Positions 1 to 11,069 of a DNA stretch of 64,000 bases are shown one piece after another. The DNA lies in NCBI GenBank assembly GCA_010015585.1, contig ML975156.1; one strand, given 5' to 3'. Source of the DNA: Eremomyces bilateralis CBS 781.70 (lineage: Eukaryota). Both the position numbers and the translations under genes were made by a program. How positions within the stretch are numbered: position 1 is the first letter of the stretch; every line of letters starts with the position of its first letter. A model generated the notes under the pieces. That model searched no databases. It worked only from the letters and a program-made list of their open reading frames with translations, and was not told where the DNA came from.

Positions 1-523
1 GCCCTGGTCCTCTCGACCGCGTTCATGCTCTGGAAAGGGCTGTCCGTTGCAACGAACTCGCCGTCGCCGATCGTTGTGGTCCTGTCCGGGAGCATGGAGC
101 CGGCGTTCCAGCGCGGCGACTTACTCTTTCTCTGGAATCGGGGGATGGACACGCAGGTCGGGGAGATCGTGGTGTACAACGTCAAAGGGAAGGATATCCC
201 GATCGTACATCGTGTCATTCGACGGTTTGACGGAGGGTGAGTCGTTCCATCCCACTGCACGCCGATGGTCCCTTCGGGTCTGACTTTGCGACAGTTCGAA
301 ACCGCTCCAGCTTCTCACAAAGGGCGACAACAACGTCGCGGACGATACGGAGCTCTATGCGCGCGGCCAGCGGTTCCTGACCCGCGAGACCGATGTCATT
401 GGCAGCGTGCGGGGGTTCGTGCCCCTCGTTGGCTACGTGACGATCCTGTTGAGCGAATACCCGTGGCTGAAAACCGTGATGCTTGGGCTTATGGGCTTGA
501 CGGTGGTATTGCAGAGAGAATGA
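1..523 (+). CDS. SEC11: Signal peptidase complex catalytic subunit Sec11 (5' truncated by window edge)
   Basis: [23 protein letters not shown] and IPIVHRV motifs. Intron 237-294 (GTGAGT..CTGAC..CAG) joins to LLTKGDNN...[15 protein letters not shown]...LQRE, stop TGA 521-523. Confidence 0.95.
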
Positions 524-1947
524 TCATTGCACTTGGCAGGACGGGCATCAGGGCATTGGTACGGCGCACGTGGAGTTTAGTACCGAGCAAGCGTTCTTTG
601 GATTGGATGATAAGCCGTGTATGAAAAGGGGAATGCCTTTCCATTTTTGCTTTACAATGACACCGACCTTGAGTATCATCGAGATTCGATTCTAACACGT
701 CCAGATCAATGATTGATACTGGATGGAACAAAAGGCCCTGATGCCTCCTAAGGCACCATATATTCAGCTCCAGCGCAACTGGACAGCATCCGATGTTCCA
801 GGTTTTCAGTCGTCATGGTCAGTGAGCAGCTCCGGGCGGTCCAAAATCAAAATATCAGAGACAAAGCAGCGGATGACAAAGATCAATTATACTTTACCTC
901 TCCAAGCATATTGCTTATAAAGCCGTACTTCTTTTCCGCACCGTAAGAGATATCTTAAGCCTTGAGCGAATTCTGGTTGGCCCCAGCAGCAGTGGGTATC
1001 CATCCACAACGCTGCCAACCCGGGGCATTCGGGTTTGTCGCCTCTATTCTTCGGACTTAGTGAGGATATTGGCTGAAGTGCATCATAAGCCAGTCAACGG
1101 CGACTAGGCGGAAAGGAGGGTGCATCACCGTGCATGGCTATTGGCCTGGTTCATCCGATGTTGATCTAGGGCGAGATGCAGCAAGCTACCATCGCTGGCT
1201 GCAACCGTCATGGATTCCTGATACTGACGGTACTTTACATGTACAACTTACCAGGCACCGATAAATTATTCGTGGGACGGAAGTGAAACGCCCTGTGGCC
1301 TGTTTACATGCCGTATGTCAGTGCGACAGGCAGGCAGCGGTAAATTTCGCCGAAACACGCCCAGGGAGTCTGTCATTCCTGGCCTCCTGGCCCCTGGGGA
1401 TAGAATCTAAATGGACGGTACGTACTACTGGGCTTCTGGTCGCCTGAAGCGGGCTGAGGACGGCATGCTGTGTGGGCTTGTGCACTGGGAAGAAGCCTGC
1501 AATCAATAGATGATACCATGAAAGTCATGGGTTAGTACATTGTCGCCGGGTGATAATTACCGGTACAATACCGGTGCAGTATTACAATTAGATGGAATGC
1601 TGCGAAGAGTGCTAACTGGGTGGACGATGTTGGGGAATATCTTGAATAATATACGGGATGATAAGAAACGTAGGTACACACTACGGACGAGTATAGATTA
1701 CCCGATGGCAGCCTTCAGAGGTCATACCAACCTCCACGTTTTTTAGGAGGGGTGCGGTGGTGATGGACGACGATGACGGTTGGATGGGTGTTACGCGCGG
1801 TGGAAGTCTGGAAGGATCTGCCTCCTCACGTCTCATGCTTTGCAGAGGGAAAATCCGGTCTGGGGCGACTCAGCTCATTCAGTCAGTTCACGTCCGGCTG
1901 GCGTTGGTGGCAGGTTTCATTCAGGCCGGATTCTGTTTGGCTGCTGT

Positions 1948-1985
1948 GCAGGTCACTTGCAGGTCACTTGCAGGTCACTTGCAGG
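1948..1985. repeat. 11-bp tandem repeat (GCAGGTCACTT)x3.5 upstream of NHP6
   Basis: Three perfect copies plus GCAGG, read directly. Confidence 0.9.
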
Positions 1986-2429
1986 CCTCATGCCTTCATC
2001 ATTTGCGTGGAATCGTGGACTGGTGGAGGATGATTTGTGTTGGATGGTTTGGCTGCTTTGGTCGCTATGGTTGACCGGAGCTGAAAAAGCTTCCCCCTCC
2101 TCCGCTGGTGACTGGACTGGTCTGGAAGGGACGGAGGGTGGCAGGCCTGCGCAGGCGCAGGCGCGACGGTGTGTGCGTGTCCATGTGTTGAGGAGGACCT
2201 TTGAGGAACAGTGGGAAGGAGGGGTTCCTGGCACCTGCTCATTGTTGGTGGGAGCTCCTGCGCTTTCGGGGACCTTCCACTCACCCACTCTTGCCCGCCC
2301 TCTTCTTCGCTGCCTTCAATCTTCCTCCTACCTTTGCTCTCTCTGCTGCTCACCACCGCGCTTCTCTCACTGTTCTCACTGCTCTCATACAACGATACCA
2401 CCAACGCTTCGCCCATACAAATCCTCACT

Positions 2430-2972
2430 GTGAGTACGCCCATATAATTTCTGGATACCTGCAAATGCGCCCGTTGAATTTCCCATCCATTGCTTCTTCT
2501 AACACGCGTTTTTTCCACTTTTCCGCCTGTCTATCCCTCTGCTCCAGCCTTTCAGCCGTGTGTTTTGTTCTCTCACGGCTTCACCTTCGCCCTGTCCCAT
2601 CGCTTTGATTCCCGCCATTTCTCTTGTTCATCCATACACCACATGTTCCCACGCGTCCACCAACGTTCGAAACTAACAACACCACAGGACTTTTATTTCT
2701 GCTGTTGAATCCAGCTTCATCGCCGCGTCAAATGTAAGCTCCCCGTCTTCAACCCGTGTTTGGTTCACCATTGCCGCCTTGGTCGCGTTTGCGACCAGTG
2801 GCTTCTCGCGCTTTACTGCGCGCTTCTTGTACTTCATCCTTCTAAAGCGCAACAAGTCAACTCTGTTCTACTAGCGATTGTTGTAGTCGCGGTCTCATTC
2901 TTATCTACTCGTTTTCGTCGCTCGCAACCGCTCTCATCCAGCACCATCACGTCATACTGACACTTCTCCTAG
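2430..2972 (+). other. Two predicted 5'UTR introns of NHP6 (2430-2687 and 2734-2972)
   Basis: GTGAGT...CTAAC..CAG and GTAAGC...CTGAC..TAG, with pyrimidine-rich interiors, ending 29 nt before the NHP6 ATG. Confidence 0.6.
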
Positions 2973-3001
2973 ACATTACTCTCAAATCAACTTCAGTCAT
3001 C

Positions 3002-3805
3002 ATGCCTAAGGCAGCAAAAGCTACTACCAAGGCCAAGGTCACCAAGCCCGAGAAGAGGAAGAAGGTACCGCGAATGTCGCACCCTCGTCGCTCGTGAATC
3101 CTCTGTACTAACTTCATGTTTGGAAGGATCCCAACGCGCCCAAGCGCGGTCTCTCAGCCTACATGTTCTTCGCCAACGACAACCGTGACAAGGTCCGGGA
3201 GGACAATCCTGGCATCAAATTCGGTATGTTTTGTCTCTATCAACTTCGTCCTTCAATGGTTCGCTGTTTCACTCTCCATCACCGTGATATCTTCATCGAT
3301 TCCCCCATTCTGTGATGGCATTCGCAATCTCTCGTGATTCAAGGCTCTGGCCTTGTTTTTTCGTAACTGCGATGCTAGTAACGCGTGTTTTGACGCGTAA
3401 ATCGCGTCTATGTCGCGCTATTCTGCACGAAATCCACGCGTTTTCCTCTTCCCTCACAAGCAACTCGCATCGGTCGGCCGGTCTCAATACTTTGATAGCT
3501 AACATCGACATCGCAGGCGACGTTGGCAAGGCCCTTGGTGAGAAGTGGAAGGAGCTCACGGACAAGGATAAGGCTCCTTATGAGGCCAAGGCCAAGGTCG
3601 ACAAGAAGCGATACGAGGACGAGAAGGCGGCTTACAATGCTGTAAGTTGATACGCACTCATGATTTTATTTTTCTGCCATTCCTGGCAATCGTTCGCAAA
3701 AAAACTTTTTATGGACTGGATCTGAGATGTGGTGTGATGAATAGTAAATGACGTTTCCTCCAAACTCATTAGGGAGGCGGCGACGGCAGCGATGATGACG
3801 AGTAA
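3002..3805 (+). CDS. NHP6: HMG-box non-histone chromosomal protein 6
   Basis: Exons 3002-3064, 3127-3223, 3517-3641, 3773-3805 give MPKAAK...[48 protein letters not shown]...[13 protein letters not shown]. Confidence 0.95.
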
Positions 3806-4631
3806 ATGGAAATAAGACAAGATCACCCTGGGAACCATCCGGCGCTTTCGATTTTGCCGCGCTCCAACGTGGATTTTCCTATCGTTGCGCAAGATGTCAA
3901 GAAGAGACCAGAGAGCCTGGCTCCGCGCTTCCATCATCATTCCATTTGCTCCCATCCCCGTCTGACGATTCGCACGTCTACCCCTGTCCCCATCTCCCTC
4001 TGCGGCAATGATCTGACGAGAATTGATGCGGAGGAAAATGACCCGTTTCTCGCTTTGTTTTACTGGGTATCCAACTGGACGGTGCGGGGTTGTGGGTGCG
4101 TTTCTTTCATTTCTAACGGGACTGCTTCTTTTTACTATCGATGGGATGCGAGGGAAGATAATTGTCTGGTTTTTATTCCTTCGTGTCAGGACCGCCATTG
4201 CGTCATCCCTCACTTACATGAGGTATCACATGCGCTCTGAGTAACTCAATGGCTTTCCAACATGTGGCACCTTGCAATGTATACTAGTAATGGCAGCTCT
4301 TCGCAACGCCTGACTTCCTTGCATGGTGCTTGCTATTCATAGGTATCCTACCGATTGATTCTTCCCGTTGCGCTACCGAAGTCGAAGTGACCCGGCAGTC
4401 AATCTGGGGGTCATATCGCACTTTTTATAAAGCATGGGACCTCGTCATTTCATCGAGACCCTGGAGTTTCTTCCGAGAGGCACCCATTGGGCCAACGTAG
4501 GAAGGGTCATTTGCCAAGTTGGGTTTGGAGATCCTGAGATGCGAGAGCCATCAGTTCTCGGGAGCGTGTAACAAACTCCAGAGCATGACGCTTTATCATT
4601 AAATGCCGTTGAATCAGCGATCGTGATCCTC

Positions 4632-5441
4632 TCAACCCAACTCCTCGTCTTCAACCACCAACTCCACCAACTTCTCGTCCTCCGCCCAATTCACCCCACT
4701 CCCCACCACCACCCCCTGCACCAACCCCCTCATCACCCGATACCTCTTCCTCTCCTCCGCCACCCTCCTCTCCCCCTCCCTCAGCCTCCCACCCCACGCA
4801 TCCTCCCTCCCCTCCAACTCCTTTACCACCTCCTCCACCCCCGGCTCCCTCCCCTCCTCCGCTAACCGCACCATCTCCCCCACCAACCCGCGGTTCTCCT
4901 CCACCAGTTCCCGGCTCCGAGTCTCCACACGGTCCAGCTCCGTTAACGTCTCTGCCAGCTGCGTCGCGAGCCGGGACGAGACCAGCGCAAGCACGTCGCG
5001 TTCGGCGATGAGCGGCGCGAGGCGGTCGGACGCGGATGGGGAATGTACAGCGTCGAGTATCGGTCGCGTGGAGAGGATGGAAGAAAGGAGGGTTTGCTGG
5101 GCGGTTGTGACGTGGTGGGTGGCACGTAGGTCGGTCTCGGCGGTGGAAAGGGCGGCGAGGACTTCGGCGTCGGAGAGAGTGGAGGGGTCGGGGTTAGGTG
5201 CTGGGATGGGGTTAATCTGGACTGCTTGGGGAGAGCGGTGAGAATGGGAGGACGAACGGAGCTTCTTCGCTTCGAGCACAGCGGTCTCAAGGCGGATCTC
5301 GTGGAGCTGGTTCCAAAGGTCGAGGATCTGCTGCTCGCGCGGGGACAACTGGAAGGCATCAAAGGAAAGCGTAGTGAGAAGGTCAGATATGTCATTAGGC
5401 TGTGCTGCCTGCTCGCCTAGCGATGTCGGGCCGCTCGCCAT
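4632..5441 (-). CDS. Centromere protein H (CENP-H/Fta3/Mcm16-like) inner kinetochore protein
   Basis: Coiled-coil protein ending in RVMRGLVQGVVVGSGVNWAEDEKLVELV, the typical fungal CENP-H C-terminus. Probable in-frame 57-nt intron 5201-5257 (GTTCGT..TTAAC..CAG). MCB ACGCGT at 5546-5551 upstream. Confidence 0.75.
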   Translation of the reverse strand: MASGPTSLGEQAAQPNDISDLLTTLSFDAFQLSPREQQILDLWNQLHEIRLETAVLEAKKLRSSSHSHRSPQAVQINPIPAPNPDPSTLSDAEVLAALSTAETDLRATHHVTTAQQTLLSSILSTRPILDAVHSPSASDRLAPLIAERDVLALVSSRLATQLAETLTELDRVETRSRELVEENRGLVGEMVRLAEEGREPGVEEVVKELEGREDAWGGRLREGERRVAEERKRYRVMRGLVQGVVVGSGVNWAEDEKLVELVVEDEELG

Positions 5442-6024
5442 GGTGATGTACGTCGTATCGTCACAGTATCAAGCCGCTTCCATTGCGAGTGTTACTTCGC
5501 CATTTAGCAGATGACGTCGCATCGGTGGTGACGGATCAGCACCCGACGCGTCCGGATATTTGTCGTCAAATGAATACCGGCAGACCAGTTATTACGCCTG
5601 CTGCCATAGAATGCGACTAAATCGTTCACGAGTACAGATCATCCGCAGTTGTAGTGGATGTTCCTCATGCGCTCAATGCTTGGCATCATAGTCACGTGCA
5701 TGTGGCAGAATGCTGTGATTTCATTGGAGCATCAGCTGAAACTTGAGTGGCTGAGAGCTTCTACACGCGCTACAGTTGACCACCGCAGCTGTGAGACCTC
5801 CCCCGAATACGGGACCTGATGAATCCGAAATGCACCCCGTTGATATTCGGTTGACAACCACTCATGGCTGGTAGTCAGCTCTTCTAATCTACTGAGGTTA
5901 TCGCGTCCTCTGCGCCTCTACGACATCCTCAAACCAACGAATCCATCCCATATCTACTATCATCTCCAACGCCGACACTAAATTGGAAGCGCTCCCTCCG
6001 AGCGCAGCTCTCCTAGATGATCGC

Positions 6025-9000
6025 ATGTCGCTTTCACTCTTCATCGCGCATAGCGGCGAACAACTACGCGCCGATCCGGTGTCCATAGGGTCCCTCGATG
6101 CTCTGAAACGTTGGATCCATGAGGCTACACGGATACCGGGAGAGGACCAGATCCTGTTAACATCTCGGGGGAAACACGTCAAGCTACAGACGCTACTCAC
6201 TGAGGTATGTATTCCGCTTGCATTTGTAACATCTGAACCGGAGAGTCCGAGGATTACAGTGTAGATATCTATCGTTCACCCCGTTCCCAACCTGACTCCA
6301 TACAGAAAGAGCTCTTCATCTACGACCGTGAACTATTCACCCATCCGAAGCAGGCGGCCCAGAACGTCCCCGAATCTCCGGCGCCAGAACCCTACATACC
6401 AACCGATCCTCCGGACACGCTTGCCAATCAAACCAACTTGAAGTCATGGCAGACCCTCTTTGCGTCGCGCCGCGACTGGGCGCTGGAGCTGACGCGCGAC
6501 TGCAAGTCCATGGCCCAGACCGCTGAGCGCCACTTCACGCAGCAATCGATCGTCGAACGGGGCCTGCATATCGCGACCGGCAACCATGAACCGCACGTTC
6601 GCGGCTTGGAACGAAAATGCCAGGAAGCACGGGAATGGTTTAAGGATGTATCGAAGGAACATCGAGAGAACGTGGATACCTGGGAGGCAGATGTGGACAA
6701 GTTGACACAGATCGGTGCCGTGGAAGACTTCCGGTATTACCTGAGCGCTGCTCCGTCACCGGTTGCGAGCAAGCCGAGCAAGAAATCATCGAATGCCACA
6801 ACACCGCTAGCGTCCTTCGTAGACGTGGATGCAACACAAAAGGCTGCGACGGCGACGAAGACTGCCACCGATGAGTTCGCTGGACGCATCTCAGACCTAG
6901 GGAGCAGGATAGCCGCTGTCGCTTCAGAGTATGATGGGCTCATGGAGCGACTTAACCAGTTGCACGGGAGGAGTACAAGCGGGGACATAGGTGAGCCAGG
7001 GAAGCTTCTCGAGGAAATAGAGGTGATTGCGCGGAAAGTTACGACCGATCATGACCACGTCATGGCCCTTCCACCAAATCCGAAGAGTGTCGCTCAGGTT
7101 TCCAAGATGGCTTTGCTACATACGAGGAACCATTTGCCGACGATCGCAGAGTACGCCGCGGAGATGGGTGATGTGGTGCGCAGAGCCGTGCATCAGAAGA
7201 ATACTGCGGTGCGGTCAATGCTCGAGCATATGAAGCTCATTGCATCTCTGGAAGGTCGGATAGACTCGCTCAAAAAGGAATTCAGTGGCCTTGAGCTATC
7301 GCCAGACATTATGACTGACTTTGATACCCTTGCCTTGGTCGGAAAATTACCCCTGCTTTACGGCAATCTGACTATCGAAACCGTCCGGTGCCGAGAGTGG
7401 ACGGAGAAGATGAAGCGCGATACAGAAGCGTTGGCGGAAGACCTGGCTGGTTACAAAGAAGAGGAGAACCGCCGACGGAAGAAATGGGTCCGAGGCATGG
7501 GAGAAGTGCTGCGGACCGGCTCTCTGGAGAGGAAGGTACTGGGCGTTGAGGTTAACCTCCAGGGTGGTGACGAGTCCTGGCCTGCTGTAACGCGAGAAGA
7601 CGTCGAAGCATACATTTACACTCTGAGCGAATTAGGCGGCTTCGATTCTACTGTGAGCACGCTCACGCAAAGCTTCAAGGACCTGGACAAACCGACCCGA
7701 TCTCAAATCAAGCGCGCAAAGGCATTTAAAAATGGCTCGGTCCATGAGGGACTCGGAAAAGGCTCCCTGATGCTTCGAGGGGAGGATGACAATCGAGTCT
7801 TACGAGTCGTTAACACCAGGCTTGAAGACGAACTTCGCGGTCAGAAATCGCGTATTCGTAAACTGGAGGATCTGCTACACCGACAAAGCCACATCAACCG
7901 CCTCGGTAGTCCAGGTAGCGCCGTAACGTTTCACGGAGGGGGCCTTAATAGCCCATCGTTCGATGCACCACCTACTCCGACGACCACCGCCCAACCAGCG
8001 AGGCATGAGCTGAAGAGTCCAAGTCCACGGCAGCATGATGAACATTCGCGCCGGTCGTCCATATCGAGCCGGCGATTCTCGGCGAATCAACCGGCTGAAG
8101 ACAAAGCGGCCTTGGTGCGGAAGGTTCTAGCCTTGGAAAACGAACTTACTACAGTGAAAGCAGCGCATGAAGTGCTCGAGCGAGAATCCGCTGGCAGGAC
8201 CGCCTCCGCTGCGCAAGAGCGTCGAGCAAGCGAGGAGAAGGTCTCCGAGGTCCAGCGACTCATGGCGGAGGCAAACTCCACGAAGGAAGATCTCATGAAG
8301 AACATGGACGCGCAGGCGAAGGAGTGGCAGAGTGAGCGGAAACATTTAATAGACGAGATACGAAAGCTGAAGGAAGACTATGAGGAGGATGTTGATAAAC
8401 TTATGGCGAGCCGAGAACAGGAGCGGGTTACACTCGAGGAGAAGGTGGATAACACAAGAATGGAGGGTGAAATGATCACGAGTGAGCTCGAGGTCCAACT
8501 CAAGAAAGTGGAAGAGAAGGCGGAGGCGAACCACGCAGTGGTCGACAAGCTAAAGGACTTGGTGCAGTTTATCCTCCGGAGTCTCAGCCAAAATGACGTG
8601 GAAGTACCGATCGGAGACGAAGAGTTAATAGTAGCAACCAGAGACATTGTTGACGATGTTCTGAAAACGCTTGTCGAGAAGAGCACCAGGATCGCCGATC
8701 AGCTCCAGGACGCTCAAATGAACACGGCACGGGTTGCTGCTCTCGAGTCCGACGCCGCCACTCTTCGTGAGGAGGCCGATACGCTGATGCGAGAAAAGGA
8801 ATCCCTCAACGCCGAGCTCCAAGAAATGAAGACGAGGTTCGACCAAGAGCAGCAAGAGCTACGTGATCTCGCCAAGATGCTCGAGGAGAAGCAGTCTGGC
8901 GACGCCGAAGGAGATGCCCGGATCATGCGCTTGATGTCCGAACTAGCCGAAGGCAAATCGCACATCAACACCCTCGACGCGAAGTTATCGTCCACCCAAC

Positions 9001-10259
9001 GACGCTACGAACGGCTCGTGGAATCGTTGAGGGCGGATGGGGCGCGCTTGGACGCACGTGCGGATCGTGCGAGGCAGTTGACACGGAAGCTTTTCACCAG
9101 CACGGAGCGCTTGAATCGGCTGGTGGAAACCCTTGGCTTTACCGTTGGCCAACCGGATGAGAAGGGGAATCTGATCATTCAACGCGCATCGAAAGTCTCG
9201 TCGTCCGGAGTATTGGCTGATGGTTCCGTCGTCAGTACCGTGTCGGGGTCGCGCAACCTCTCGAATCCCAGCGTGATGAAGCGCACGCTGGATGAACTGT
9301 CTGATAACGGAGCGCTCGAGTGGTCGTCGGCCAGCGCGGAGGAGGAGGAGGCGTCCAAGTTCGCGAATTATTTGAGCGCTATCGAGCAGTTCCCGCTCAA
9401 TGCGTTCTGCGAAGCCCTGGCGAAGCGTCAACGAGACGTCGAGCACACGGCGCGAAAATGGCAGAAAGAGTCCCGCACATATCGTGAACGAGCGCATCGC
9501 TACCAGCACGAATCGCACGAGAAGATCGCCTACCGTTCGTTCAAAGAGGGGGATCTGGCGCTTTTCCTTCCGACGCGCAATCAAACCCGCGGTGGTGCCT
9601 GGGCCGCGTTCAACGTGGGAGCACCGCATTACTTCCTCCGCGAACAAGAGTCCCACCGTCTTAGCGGGCGAGAGTGGCTCGTTGCCCGCATCGGCAAGAT
9701 CGAAGAGCGAGTGGTCGATCTGAGCCCGACCATGGAGGGAGGCAAACCTGCGACCGGCGGCCGTCGTAGGGGCACCTCGGTTGCCAGCATGGCGTCCGAA
9801 CTTGACGACGACAATCCATTCGAGCTAGGGGATGGCTTACGGTGGTATCTCCTGGACGCGCTGGAAGAGAAACCCCATCCGCTCGGCGCGCCCATCACGC
9901 CCCGCGCCGGTACCACCACGGTCGCGAGCGCGAACGTCGACGCGCGAGGGACGGTCGGCACGAGCAAGAAGGGCAATGGCGAGGGAGAAGCGGCGCGCAC
10001 CCTAGGCCGACTGGACGAGCGAGCGGCCGGGTCGACCCGAAGTCGGCGGAGTAGCGAGAACAGTCGACGGAGCGTGCCGCCGCCGGGGTCATCTGCGGGA
10101 CCCAAACCGTTGCTGCCGACCGAGAATAATGGCGAGGGAACAGCGGAAGGAAGCGCGGGGACGGAGCAGCGAGAGGGCGGAGACGTGACAATGAAGGCTC
10201 CGCCTCGGGACACGAGGGGAGAAGAAGAGGTTAGAACCGACCAGCTCCTCGGCCCGTAG
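6025..10259 (+). CDS. ATG11: Autophagy-related protein 11 (selective autophagy scaffold)
   Basis: Exon 1 6025-6204 (MSLSLFIAHSGEQL), intron 6205-6305, exon 2 6306-10259. Long coiled coil and C-terminal ATG11/claw domain KIAYRSFKEGDLALFLPTRN...WAAFNVGAPHYFL...DDDNPFELGDGLRWYLLDA. Confidence 0.95.
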
Positions 10260-10347
10260 AAGAGAGCTGCCATGTTTAGCTCTCTTCGCGGGCCCGGGAC
10301 CTCCCCATCCCGTCGTTCAGATGCTGATCGGTTCTTTCTCCCACCAG

Positions 10348-10641
10348 ATTCCCGCGCCGTCCACGCCGCTCAAACCGCCGCCGACCGCCGACCGCACCGC
10401 GCCCGCGCCAACGCTGACCGTGTCACCGCCCCACGCCACCCCCGATCGCGGCTCGGCGCGGATGTTTAGTCCGTCGGGCAATCGCACGGGCACGCGGCAA
10501 CCCAGCACCGCGTCGCCGGGACGCCGCAATGCGTCGGCTAGTCCGACGAAGAAGGGGAAGGGCGGGTGGGATAGCTTGTTTGATTTGAGTTTGAGCCTGG
10601 GGAGTCCGGGGCCGAAGAAGGGATCGGGGAGTATGGGCTGA
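10348..10641 (+). CDS. ATG11: Putative alternative terminal exon of ATG11
   Basis: Phase-0 donor GTTAGA at 10230, branch CTGAT near 10324, polypyrimidine tract and CAG at 10347. It joins in frame to IPAPSTPLKPP...GGWDSLFDLSLSLGSPGPKKGSGSMG*. Confidence 0.6.
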   Translation: MPAPSTPLKPPPTADRTAPAPTLTVSPPHATPDRGSARMFSPSGNRTGTRQPSTASPGRRNASASPTKKGKGGWDSLFDLSLSLGSPGPKKGSGSMG

Positions 10642-11069
10642 ATTCGACGGGGTTATTCGGCGCGGCTGTGTTTTCGGGGCGTGGGTTGCGCTTCTGGTGG
10701 TGGCGTCGCTGCCGACTTAGATATTCTGATCGTGCTTTTCAAGAGGACAGGGGTGGTGACGACATGCATTTATTTACGATAGTTGTATATAGGCAAATTC
10801 ACGTACTGTCGTATCTCAACCGCACATGTCTCAGGGAATACGCCAGAGGTATCTAGCAATGGGGATAAACGCACAAACATCACACCCAGTTCTTACGTTG
10901 GCTTCACATGAAACAATTTTGTATCATAACATCCTGCTCGCTCAATTAATTACAACTTTTAGGTTCATGCCGCATCAGTCGTATAACATATCCCATTCTA
11001 TTGATTCCATCCTCCGTGGATTGCAGTGGATACAGGCACTTGGAGCAGAGCGGCAGCCCTAGCAAGGAC

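Noticed and set aside
3659..3740. Possible box C/D snoRNA in the last NHP6 intron (ATGATTT...CTGA with ctca/tgag flanks; GTGATGA downstream)
   Set aside because: The C box is poor, the perfect RTGATGA lies after the D box, and I could not identify an rRNA-complementary guide. An Rfam/snoscan run would settle it.
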